This document shows positions 11,263-22,342 of a stretch of 64,000 nt of DNA, in pieces. The notes under the pieces are model-generated. The model did not search any database, had not been told where the DNA came from, and worked only from the letters and a program-made list of their open reading frames with translations. Location of the stretch: positions 373,984,001 through 374,048,000 of the forward strand of contig OZ024741.1 of assembly GCA_964016885.1 (NCBI GenBank), written 5' to 3'. The translations under genes and the position numbers were made by a program. The stretch's first letter is position 1. Every line of letters starts with the position of its first letter. This DNA is from Eledone cirrhosa (taxonomy: Eukaryota).

Positions 11263-12112
11263 CAACTCTTCTTCCTCCAAGGGTTAAACTAATACACTTC
11301 ATGTTATTGCATCCTCTTATTTGTTTGTTTTTGTTTCCTTGGTTCATATATATATATATATAATATGCATATATATGAGAGAGAGAGAGAGAGAGAGAAA
11401 GGGGGGTGGGAGTAATTTCCCTAAAGGAAGGAACTAGGGAAATAAATGGATATCAACAATTTAGAATTGAAATCTCATTGTAGATTCTATTAAACCCATA
11501 CCACCCCCAACAACAACAACAACAACAACAACAATGACAACAACAACAACAACAACAACAACCACAACAACCACATCAGAAACAACAATACAATTTGCCA
11601 TTGATCCACAACATCCGTCATTGAAACTATGTGAATATAAAACTTAAACAAGAATAAATAAATATATATATAAAAACACTTAAATTATGTTCTAAATTCA
11701 AATAAACGCGAAGGAAGCCATTTTATTATGAAAAGTTGCTGCTTTTGTTTCTTGTGATATCGGAGAGAGAGAGAAGGAGAGGGAAGAGGAAGGGAATGAG
11801 AAGTTGGGGTGATGATGACGATGGTGGTGACAATGGCCGCGGTTGGCGGCGAGGACAGAGACAAGGACGACAATAGTGTTGACACAATTACGATTCCAAA
11901 CAATCCTGTTTTATAAACTATACACACTTGTTATATGGTGATATCAAGTCAATTTTATAATGGAGAAATGAGAGCAAACAAACTTAAGATGTTGTGCAAA
12001 TAAAAAGACGTTGTGGGAACATGGTGGGAATATCAACAGTTGTTCCTCCTTTTTTACCATCATCATTGTCATCATCCTCAACATCCTTCTTGTCCTTATT
12101 ATTATTATTATT

Positions 12113-12239
12113 ATTGGCAGTATCGGTATGCTTTACAGCATAGAGTTATGGCCCTTTACGTTATGATAAAACAAAGCACCAGTAATGCACTGGGGTAATT
12201 GCTGGCTTTGTGCCAAAAGTAGAAACATTATTATTATTA
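12113..12239 (+). mobile_element. Internally deleted tRNA-derived SINE in an (ATT)n tract
   Basis: TGGCAGTATCGGTA (A-box region) ...GGTAATTGCTGGCTTTGTGCCAAAAGTAGAAAC(ATT)n. Confidence 0.75.
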
Positions 12240-12270
12240 GGGAGAAATTAGGCGATGATGATGATGATGG

Positions 12271-12418
12271 CTGGTCCTTTATTTTATCGACCCTGTAAGG
12301 ATGAAGGCAAAGTTAACCTCGGCGGGATTTGAAGCCTTTACAGTCTGAGTTCAAATCCCGCCGAGGTTAACTTTGCCTTTCATCTTTACGGGATCAATGA
12401 AATAAAGTACCAGTAATG
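12271..12418. mobile_element. Head-to-head pair of SINE fragments forming a hairpin
   Basis: GGCAAAGTTAACCTCGGCGGGATTTGAA (ending 12333) mirrors TTCAAATCCCGCCGAGGTTAACTTTGCC (starting ~12350). Confidence 0.85.
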
Positions 12419-12419
12419 C

Positions 12420-13735
12420 CTACCCTTTAAAAGTTTCAGCTGTGATACTCAAATCAGGTTGTTGGTATGCTTGTTCACTAATCTCCTTTTGAACTGTCTT
12501 AATCCACACTGCCTGGCTATTATGTCCAACATCCTGCTCCCATATTCCTCTCCAGAATGTCTTAGTCTGTTCCGCCTCAGAGATCACATCGTTACCTCTT
12601 TCTTTCCCTTCAAGCTGTCTAAACAACATCTTCTGGTTGTTGTCAAACATGTGGTTCTGTCTATACTGACTAACTGTTCTCATACCGCCTAATCTTTACA
12701 CTTTTTGCTACAATGCGTTGCTTCAGTTCCCCTAGTTTTGTTCCCTTAGTTTTGTATTTTATTTTCAATCTATCTTTCGTGACTATGTTTTGTAATGTCC
12801 CATTCAGTAAAGACTCAAGCTTTCCAATGTCTTTTCTCATTTCCTTGATTTGACCATTTAGTCGTTTCTTCCACATAGGTTCTGATCTTTCTTGTTTGTT
12901 GTTTCCTCTCGTTTTTATACCAAGTAATTTTTTCACCACATTTGCGGTTGCTTTGAGGATATTGTTGCATTGGTGAAGGTTCCTCGCCTCAAGGTATGGG
13001 ATGACCTTGTTTACCTTTTTCTTAAACTTTACCTTTAACTTTTTCCTGTCTACAAATCTTAGGTTCATAAAATCATTGTTCATTTCATCTGCCACTAAGT
13101 TCAGAATATCAACCAAATCTTGCCCTAGCCCATCAGTATTCATTTCCTCAATGGCCGTATCTTTGTTCCAGATGTTATTTATTTCAGCATTCAGATCATT
13201 GTCTGCTTCGGTTGCTTCCTCTGGTCTCTCAACCTCTTCACCTTAATTTCCCACTGGCTCATTTGCCTGATATACTCCACTCTCCATTTCCAACTTAATC
13301 TCTCTGCGCAGTTCCTCCAGTTCCAACTCGCTGATCCATCCATTAGTTCTTATTACACGAGCTTGGCCGGCCAATTTTTGTACACCTAATTTAAATAGAC
13401 CAACTCGTTCCAGATGTTACGTATCCGTTTCCTATAGCCTTTTTCCATGGGTTTACTCTTCAGATAACATTTCATGACAGTTCTATTCAATTCTTTCGTC
13501 CAGCTGGTTCTTGTCCCATTCCTTCTTCTTCCTCCAACACCAGCAATATTTGGATGACAGCCAGGTCCCTGCTGCTGGGCCAGGGAACACTCGTTGGGTG
13601 AGAGTCTTTCACATGACGTTCCAGTCTCCTTTTCACCGTTATTCAAACTGTTTAGGTTCGATATTTAAACACTCTTATCGAAGATTAGTGAATGTATGGT
13701 TGCATCACCGGTGTTTGTTAGCATGACACCAGCAC
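12420..13735 (-). mobile_element. 5' portion of a decayed R4/Dong-like non-LTR retrotransposon
   Basis: Frameshifted ORFs include RTSWTKELNRTVMKCYLKSKPMEKGYRKRIRNIWNEL (N-terminal Myb-like), EPMWKKRL, and YRQNHMFDNNQKMLFRQL...FWRGIWEQDVGHNSQAVWI, the pre-RT region typical of the R4 clade. It stops before RT. Confidence 0.8.
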
Positions 13736-13867
13736 GTTGAAAACGAAAAAAAAATTAAAAATTAAAAATTAAAAAAATAAGTTTCGGGGCAATTTATGTG
13801 ACATTTATCTATCGTTACGTTTGTGCTGTTTTTAATGTTTTCCTAATGTGAATCCTGTTTATAAGTC

Positions 13868-14279
13868 ATTTGCCTTTCATCCTTACGGGGTCGATAAAAT
13901 AAAGTACCAGTAATGTACTGGGTAATTGCTGGCCTTGTACTAATAGTAGAAATAATTATTATTATCTTACGGAGTTGATAAAACAGAGCTCTAGCAACAC
14001 ACTGGGATAACTGCTGGCCCTGTGGCAAAAGCAGAAACAACCACCATCATCATCAGCATCTACAATTTATGGTCTGAGCACAAATCCTGTCGAGGTCAAT
14101 AGCTGGCCCTGTGCCAAAAGCAGATACAATTATTATTATCATCAGGATCTGCCATTTATGGTCCTAGCACAAATCCCGCCGAGGTCAACCCTACTCCTCA
14201 ATTCTACGGGTCAACAAGACAGAGCACCAGCAATCCACCGGAGCAATCGCTGGCTCTGTTCCAATATTATTATTATTAT
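13868..14279 (+). mobile_element. Tandem cluster of ~4 SINE 3' fragments
   Basis: Repeated GCTGGCCYTGTGNCAAAAGCAGA-like tails and AAATCCYGYCGAGGTCAA segments separated by (ATT)/(ATC) runs. Confidence 0.75.
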
Positions 14280-14280
14280 G

Positions 14281-16369
14281 CGCCATTCCTGACAGATCCA
14301 TACACGACAAGCTCCACCTCATGCGATACATCATAGAGAGGGTGGTTAAGGAACCTGGCACGGGTGGGGCCCTGATCAACTTGGATCAATTCAAAGCATT
14401 CGATAGGGTCAACCATCGGTACCTGGCGGCGGTCCTCGAGGCAGCCGGTTTCGGGTCCGTTTTCAGGGGTTGGATCGCTGCGATGTACAGCGACATCTGC
14501 TCAGTTGTGAGGGTGAACGGTCACCTGTCGCAGCCGTTCAGCATCATGCGCTCGGTCCGCCAGGGTTGTCCCCTCTCGTCCCACTTGTACGTATTGGCTC
14601 TCGAGCCGTTACTGCACAAATTGGGAGCGATGAGGGGCGTCCCACGTGAACTAGGATGCGGGAAATCCGAGTCGGCTTACGCCGACGACGTCACTGTGGT
14701 GATGTCGAGCACCAGACCGTCCAGATGCGCGGCACCGCTCTCAAAGAATACGAAGCGGTGACAGGAGCAAAGATAAACCAGGAAAAGTCGGTGGGCTTGC
14801 AGCTCGGCACCTGGAGAGGCAAGTCCATGCCGTCCGACAGCGTCGTGGGGCGTTGGACGGACGGGCCGGTTAAATTGCTCGGGGTCTGGTTCGGACCGGA
14901 TCTCCAGATGGAGAAAAACTGGAGCGAGGTGACGAGCAGGGTGGCCGCCCTCACCCAAAAATGGGCCGAGAGGAAGCTGTCCCTGAAAGGCCGGGCGGAG
15001 GTGGCTAACGCGTACATCGCATCCGTCATCTGCTACCGCCTCACCGTCGTCCCTTGCCCCGGCCCAACTCTCACCAAAATGGAGCGCCTCCTCTTCCGCT
15101 TTTTGTGGAAGGGACGCGATCCCATAGTCAGACGATCCATCTGCTGTCAACACCCGTTGCGTGGAGGACTGGGCATGCCATGGCTGATGATGCGCAAACA
15201 TGCGCTGAGGCTGCGACATCTCTGGTGCTTCCTTGACGGTGAACAGGTGTGGTCGCCATTCGCCAGGCACGTTTTCCCACAGCTCGTCTCCTTGACGGAG
15301 CTGCAGTCCTGGGTCAGGAAAAGACCGAGGGATAGCGCTTGGAAACTGGAATGTCTCTGGAATGGCACTCACCGCCCTCTGCTAGCTGGACACCGTATCG
15401 GTGGAACATCCACCTCGGCGTTCTATAGAGGACTAGTGGAGGGGAAGAGCGACGACGTTCTCGGAGACATCCTGGGCGTCGAAGAAGATCAGCTGTTTGC
15501 TCTCTTCCGGAGAACTTTCAGCCCAGGGCCTATGGATAACTTCCAAAAATCCCTGTCCTGGCAGTGCTACCGGGGAGCGTTGCCGGTTCGAGATAAGCTC
15601 TACAGACACGGAAGTGCCGTCAGCCGAGCCTGTCCGAGATGCGCGCAGAGCGACGAAAGCGTCGTGCACGCACACGTCGTGCACGCACTCGTTCAGTGCC
15701 CGAGCACTGCTGACTATGTCGAACAGTTGCTGTCGCGTGTAGGACTGATCCGGTTATCGACTGAGTCCATTGTGCAGACGGTCTCGCTGTCTTCCTTCGA
15801 GGAGGAAGGGCAGGCAGTTTTCATCTGCCTGGTGGCCATGGCGAAAGAGATTGTATGGTGGACAAGAGGTTGAAAGGGCTAAAGACAGATACTTTCCTCT
15901 TCGGCGAATCCCTAATTAACTTTTTCAAGTTTCACTTGAAGAGGAAAATCAGGGTGGAGAGGCAAGTGCTGCCTTCTAGCAAGTTTGTTGAAAGGTGGGT
16001 GAATGTAGCGAGAATGGTCCGAGTGAACGGGACCGCTCTGAATATATGTCTGTAGTTTGAGAAATGGAAAAATTGAGAGAGGGCGCTTGCCCTGGTGGTC
16101 AGGGTGGCTGTGGTCTTTTGTGTGGTTTTCGCCACGTGCAACCCTCGGATGTTTCCCCCCCTATTGGGGAATTTTTCATTGTTTCAATTTTCATTTTTAT
16201 TGTTTATATATATACGTTTTTATGTCTTTTTTTTTCTTTTCTTATATAAATAATAATAATAATTTACACGCATAAAACCCACATCGTACCGTCCTGTACC
16301 GTCCTGTACCGTCCTGTACCGTCCTGTCAGCTATTGTGGCCAATAAAGAAATCATTATTATTATTATTA
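14281..16369 (+). mobile_element. 5'-truncated Tx1/L1-clade LINE (RT, zinc finger, 3' UTR, (ATT)n tail)
   Basis: RT motifs LDQFKAFDRVNH, SVRQGCPLS, AYADD and INQEKS, plus a C-terminal CPRC...H...C zinc finger. Frameshifts near 14700 and 15870, stop at 16055. The 3' UTR has (GTACCGTCCT)x4 and AATAAAGAAATC(ATT)n. Preceded by (ATT)n at 14263-14279. Confidence 0.95.
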
Positions 16370-16471
16370 TCGTCATCATCATCACTCCCACCATCGTCGT
16401 CATCATCATCATCACCTTCTCCTTCCCTTCCTCTTCCCCTTCCTCCTTTCTCTGATAACATAAGAAGCAAA

Positions 16472-16697
16472 GGGCGATGGATTGGCAGTATCGGTAAAGC
16501 ATCGGACACCATGCTTTGCGGCATACAGTTATGACCCTTTACGTTCTGAGTTCAAATCCCGCTGAGGATAGCTTTGCCTTTCATCCTTACGGGGTCAATA
16601 AAATAAAGTACCAGTGAGTACTGGGGTCGATTTAATCAACTTTCCCCTCCCCCCAAATTACTGGCCTTGTGCCTATAGTAGAAATCTTTATTATTAT
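16472..16697 (+). mobile_element. Near full-length tRNA-derived SINE
   Basis: A box TGGCAGTATCGG, B box GAGTTCAAATCC, central GCCTTTCATCCTTACGGGGTC..TAAAATAAAGTACCAG, tail CCTTGTGCCTATAGTAGAAA. Confidence 0.9.
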
Positions 16698-17417
16698 CAT
16701 CATCATCATCATCATCATCATAATCAGCCTTCTTCTTCGTTTCTCTTAAGAGACTAACGAGTATTACAATAAACCAAACGTTTACCATACCAGTCATGTC
16801 CTCTGTGTATTACAGTGTATTAATGTCTATTATGTTAACAGCAAGCCTTTCTATAAACAAATTACAATGATTGATGTTATATTATAATGGCTTCATCCCA
16901 AATGATTTAGAAAATATATGAGTAGATTACGTCTATTACTTCACTTAGAGCTTTTGGTGGTGTATATGTTAAATAAATATATTATAGTTTTTACAGAAAA
17001 ACATTACAATTCATCTAGTTTTATACTGTTTTAGTATTTAAAATGTAAAAATTATGCGGAACCGATAAATGAAATAATTCCATTTCTCAGCGAATTTAAA
17101 TCGATTGAATTCGTCTTCATTTTTTTTAAATCAGTCACTTTGAAAAGTCGTTTGCTGTTGTTCATGATAGTAGTGGTGGTTTCAGGCGCTATTACATATT
17201 AACTATGCAGACGATGAACATACAGAATGTGGTGTTTGAACAACACTCTACTATATAAATTTGTTCTAGAAAGATCGGTATGAAAAGCTCGTAACTGTGA
17301 TTAAATTCATAAAAAAACATATTCATAGACAAGAATTCACTAACCAAATTTACTGGAGAACATCTATATATAACGAAGATGTTTTTCAACGTTGTCGCTA
17401 AACTTTCTAGAAATAAT

Positions 17418-17603
17418 TTTTCTACTTTTAGCACAAGGCCAGCAATTACCCATTGTATTACTGGTACTTTATTTTATCGACCCCGTAAGGATGAAAGGCA
17501 AAGTTAACTTCGGCGGGATTTGAACTCAGATTGGAAAGGGCCGTAACTCTATGCGTCAAAGCATGGCGTCCGACTCTCTACCGATACTGCCAATCCACCG
17601 CCC
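17418..17603 (-). mobile_element. Full-length tRNA-derived SINE with 13-bp TSD
   Basis: Same family as 16472-16697. The TSD TTCTAGAAATAAT is at 17405-17417 and 17604-17616. Confidence 0.92.
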
Positions 17604-17844
17604 TTCTAGAAATAATAACCTATTCTCTCTCAGTTGTCAATTTACATCGTCTTAAAAAGCAACAACTACCTAGTGTATCCAGGATAACGTAGCCCTTGAT
17701 CGTATATATGTATGAACCGAACTTCTGGTTGAATCGTAGGGGCGCCTATCTCCTCTCCAGGTCTGTGTCGGCGGATTTATTCCAGAGAAAAAGAGAGAGA
17801 GAGGGAACAATGAGATATAAAGGAAGAACCGACTCTAGTACTGA

Positions 17845-17970
17845 ACTGGTACTCCCTTTATCAATCTCGAAAGGACGAAAGGCAAGGTTGACCACAGCGG
17901 GATTTGAACTCTGATCACAGAGAACCAAAACGAATAGAGCAAAGCATTTTATCGGTCATTTCGCTGCCTA
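17845..17970 (-). mobile_element. Older SINE copy
   Basis: ACTGGTAC...GAAAGGCAAGGTTGACCACAGCGGGATTTGAACTC. Confidence 0.75.
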
Positions 17971-18518
17971 CGTTTTAAATAGACTGCACCATAAACAAAG
18001 ACAAGGTGATAAAGGCTTGAATGCTTCTGTTCGTAGGCCACAACAACGGGGGAGAATCACTTCTATATCACAGAGCTGCAGACCTGTCAACTCTCCCCGT
18101 TCAGCGGGAAGATTTCCCACCCACTTTGGGGTGGGTGAAAGATGTCTTCTCTTGTTAAAATGGATATAGCTTTCATTATATAAAATCTCCTCATTTTTGT
18201 CTCATTTCGGGGCACTTTTTTTCATGGTACTCCCCGTTTTGGGTTTTTAGAGGCTGGCAAGTGTGCAGCTGTGTTCCTAAAGAACACTACTGAAAGAAAA
18301 GTGTTTACTCGTATCATCGACTAATGTTTATCCGGTTTGATACTTTCCTGACACACTTCATCTGTTATTTCTAAAAAAAACACAAAAGCAGGAACTCGAA
18401 ATTTTAAGTTTCTTTTCAGATAACTCATTCATGACACGAGCTTTCCGCATTTCTTTCAACTTGGTAATACATTAAAGTTCAATTAATTTACTGATTCTCT
18501 TACATCAGTCCACTGCGA

Positions 18519-18740
18519 AGGCGTGTCGCCTAGTGATTGGGGCATTGGACATACGATCTTAATGTTCGATTCTTGGACTAGGTGGTGCATTGTGTTCTTG
18601 AACAAAACATTTCATTTCACGTTGCTCTAGTCAATTCAACCGAAAATTAGTTTTAGCAGTTGCTGGGGATTAACCCTGCGATGGACAGACATTATATCCA
18701 GGGGGAAAGTCATACTCTCTGCCACTTAACGCCAATGAAC
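18519..18740 (+). mobile_element. Second-family tRNA-derived SINE (CORE-like body), degenerate
   Basis: GGCGTGTCGCCTAGTG..GTTCGATTC head, followed by TGTGTTCTTGAACAAAACATTT and CCTGCGATGGAC...TCCAGGGGG. Confidence 0.55.
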
Positions 18741-19389
18741 CTGAGGAGCCTACGATAGAGTGTCATTTCTAGCAAGTTAGTTGATCGCGTAAAGACTTCT
18801 CGTTATCTTAAGATGGTCAAGACGAGGCATACTTATGGCGGAGGTAGTATGTTGTTGCAACAAGTTCACATCTATTTCGATTTACAAACAAAACTTATTA
18901 TGCTTGACAGATTCCTTAAAATAAAGATGAGCTTTTAGTGGGTTGATTTCACTCCTCATTTTTATCTGGATTGTATATCCAGGGCTAGATAAAGCAATAT
19001 AAGCACACTCTCAAGGTATCAATTGAAGGGACATTTATTCAAATTAAATGTATTTGTCATTGAAAAAATAATTTTTTGCAAACTTTATGTAGTGAGAAAC
19101 AAAATAATCTTTTAAGTGCTTGGGCCTCAAAAGGACTTAACTCGACCCTGAGTGTAGCTAACGACCTTGAGAAATCCAATACCATTTGTACTTTAAAACG
19201 GAGACATTGTGTTTATATTAAAAAAAAAAATGCATCAATAAATAGATCATTTCTATCACGACCTAATCACTAGCCATCTTCTGCAAATGAAAAGAGATTT
19301 GATGGCTGACAATGAAGACGGGATTAATAGTCTAGAAAATAGGATTTGTTATCACAACTAATAGCGGAAATTTAGTTATGTAATAATCC

Positions 19390-19660
19390 TTTCTTTCGGA
19401 CATTGGCACCAAGCCACCAATTTAGAGGAAGAGGAAAGTCGATTATATCGACACCAATACTTCACTGGTACTTTATTTTATCGACCTGGAAGTTGAATAT
19501 ATCGACTCAAATACTTCACTGGTACTTTACTTTATCGACCCCCGAGAGGGGAAAAAAAGATTGTTGACTTCGGCAGGATTGGAACACAAAACGTAAAGAA
19601 CCAGAAAATCTAATACTAATCATTTGTCTGACACTCTACCGATCCTGACAATTTACCGGC
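19390..19660 (-). mobile_element. Older SINE copy with internal duplication
   Basis: Two copies of AATACTTCACTGGTACTTTA.TTTATCGACC and a B-box-like GGCAGGATTGGAAC. Confidence 0.7.
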
Positions 19661-19884
19661 CTGGTATAACTCCCTAATACAGTAATGTGATAATATGTGG
19701 TATTTTAATCTACAAACATTTATTTCAGTATTCAGTGTTCTCTAAATTTAGTTGCTTGTTTCTGTAAACAGCTGGTGCACTGTTGTTTACTAATAGTACT
19801 GTAATAGTTGGTTAGTAGTTAGTCATTTAACTAACTACATCGTGAGTTATATAATAGTTTCTATTCTTGGTTTACGAAGAGAGG

Positions 19885-20045
19885 ACGACGGATTGGAGGA
19901 ATCGCTGGAGCGTCGAACAAAAATATTTGTAGCATCTAGTTACGACCCTTTATGTTCTGCGTTTAAATCTTGCCTGTGTCAATTTTGCGTTTCATCCTTT
20001 TGAGGGCGATGAAAAAAGTACTAGTCCGGTATTGGGGGCCGATTC
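19885..20045 (+). mobile_element. Older SINE copy
   Basis: GGATTGG...GTTTAAATCTTGCC...TTTGCGTTTCATCCTTTTGAGGGCGATGAAAAAAGTACTAG. Confidence 0.7.
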
Positions 20046-20629
20046 TTCCTCTATATCACTTGGCATTATTACTTTTAATAAAAGAAAACCTTGACTTCTA
20101 TATATTACGCGGAGTAAGTATTGGTTGTCTTTTGTTTTGATCTGTTTTTGCTGTTGTTCTTTTACTGTTTAAAACTTTTGAAATAACAACCAATAGAAGT
20201 TTTGATTCCACCAATAACATAGCACTGTTCTGGAAGGTCACCCTCTAGGCAATTAACATTATATTAAGAGAGAACAATGTAAAGAACTGGCCTCAAAGAT
20301 AAATACATATACTCAAACAATGTTTGGAGCATTTCATATACGTGACATAATGACATATGATGCTTCAAATAAACACTCCATCACCGATAGTTTGCTGGTG
20401 GGTTGGTAATATTTCAACTCATGTGACAAATTTCAATGTCATCACTTCAGAGAAAACCTCATTGTTCTCCTGCACTGTAGTAACTGCTACGATATAGACC
20501 AGCGAGAGAGAGAGGGAGAGAGTGGTGTGGATTGGTCCTCCGTCAGTTCCGACGACGAGTATTTCAGTTATTCGAACAACGGAACACCGTGTTTGTGAAA
20601 TTAACGTCCAAATGGTTGAGCTTCCACGT

Positions 20630-20788
20630 GGACCGAATTGACAGAGTTGTTTGAATGTCGGATAGAATGTTTTGTGGTATTCGTTCCGGTTTTCTGCTCT
20701 CTGAGTTCAAATCCCGCCGAGGTCAACTCTGCCTTTCATCCTTTCGAGGTCGTCGATAAAACAAAGTACTAGTTAAATACTTAGGTTG

Positions 20789-20790
<2 letters not shown>
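20630..20790 (+). mobile_element. SINE copy followed by (CT)n (20791-20853)
   Basis: GAGTTCAAATCCCGCCGAGGTCAACTCTGCCTTTCATCCTTTCGAGGTCG. Confidence 0.8.
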
Positions 20791-20855
<65 letters not shown>

Positions 20856-22174
20856 AAGAAATCTGATGTGCTCAAACCGAGGAAATGAGCTCCACCAGAG
20901 TTAAAATGCCCTAGAAATGCCGTATGCCTCTACAACTCCATCAGCTGTGTTTCTCATTGTTAAGACATGAGATAGGCTGAGAAAATTGATATTTTAGCAT
21001 CATTTGGGGAAAAGAACTTAATAAATTTATTGATTTATATTAAAATCGAATAAAGCGTTTATTTCATGTTTCATCTGTGTTTATATATTCAAAATATTTT
21101 CCTTTCTCATAATATTTCTCTGTATATTAGGCCTTATACTTGAGTCTTTGGGGCATACAATCAAGATTTGCATTACCAGAGCTCTCCACGCCGCTGATTG
21201 CTATCAATGTGCTCATACTTATGGAAGTAGTGTTCAATCAGAAAATGTTGTTGTTTTTAATAACTCGTTGGTGTAGTCTCTTCGTTTTCCTGACTTTTTC
21301 ACGCAGAGTAAATTAGGTATTTTGTGAAACACCAAAAGCTAATCCCTGTAATATTATAACTTTTATTGATTTTAGATACTCCAAACTACTTGATAAATGA
21401 AATATTGTGATTCCTGTCAATCATGTGGTGACATTTCAATCATAGATCAATATAAGTTTGTGAGAAAGTTAAGAATTGTATAAACTTATTTCTTTGAAAT
21501 ATAAACTATTTTATATCATCACACAGATTTCATTCAAATTATATTTAGAATAGGATATTTTAGTTACTTATTCACAAATAATACTCCTTAAATCTGTTTC
21601 GGTCCACTCAAATCTGAAGATTTGGTAGAGTGAAACTAAATCTTCAGAGTAAATTTTCTGTTATAATCTTACCTAATTGCACATTCTTGGGAATAGCTAA
21701 ACTAAAATCCCTCAAGCAACATTTATTTGCTTCAGTAACCAATTAGGAAAAATCAGAATGAATTTCAATACAAGAATATGGAGCATTCATGTATAAATAA
21801 GATACAATTTCCTGTGCTAAGTTGTATTATTAGCATTATGAGGTTGGTTCCACAGAAATTCTCAAAGAATGCAAGAAAAGATAAGTGATGTAGCGGAATT
21901 ATTTAACGATTCCATATGTTCGGCCCACAAACTGAAATAAGGCAATTCATTTATTCATTTGTTTGTAATGTACAAACTACAATAACAGTACTATTGTATG
22001 TATGGTCCCGTAAGACCTGATAGACTGGTAGGGGCGCTGCATTGACATACGGCGTTTCTTGGGCATGTTTAGCCTGGTGGAGACCATCCCTCTCTAGGCC
22101 TGGGTTAAGTTGATTTCTTCTTTAAAAAGATAGAAAGTGATAGAGAGAAAGTGAGAAAGGGATATAGATGAAGA

Positions 22175-22333
22175 ATCGACCCCAGAACTAGACTGTTACT
22201 TTTTTTTAATCGACGTCAAAAGGATGAAAGGCAAAGTTGACCTCGGCGGGATTTGAACTGAGGGAGCAGAGAGCCGAAACGAATAGCATAAACCATTATA
22301 TCCGACATTCTAACGACTCTACCAAATCGCCGT
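22175..22333 (-). mobile_element. SINE copy directly bordering the satellite array
   Basis: AAGGATGAAAGGCAAAGTTGACCTCGGCGGGATTTGAAC...ACCAAATCGCCG. Confidence 0.8.
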
Positions 22334-22342
22334 CTATGCAGT

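Noticed and set aside
14677-15684. Minus-strand ORFs overlapping the LINE
   Set aside because: These are antisense shadows of a GC-rich coding sequence with no recognisable motifs.
16472-16562. tRNA gene
   Set aside because: The A and B boxes are part of a multi-copy SINE head, and no complete cloverleaf was seen.
20860-22170. Unique AT-rich stretch as possible host exons
   Set aside because: There is no sizeable ORF or recognisable motif. Small exons cannot be excluded without RNA-seq.
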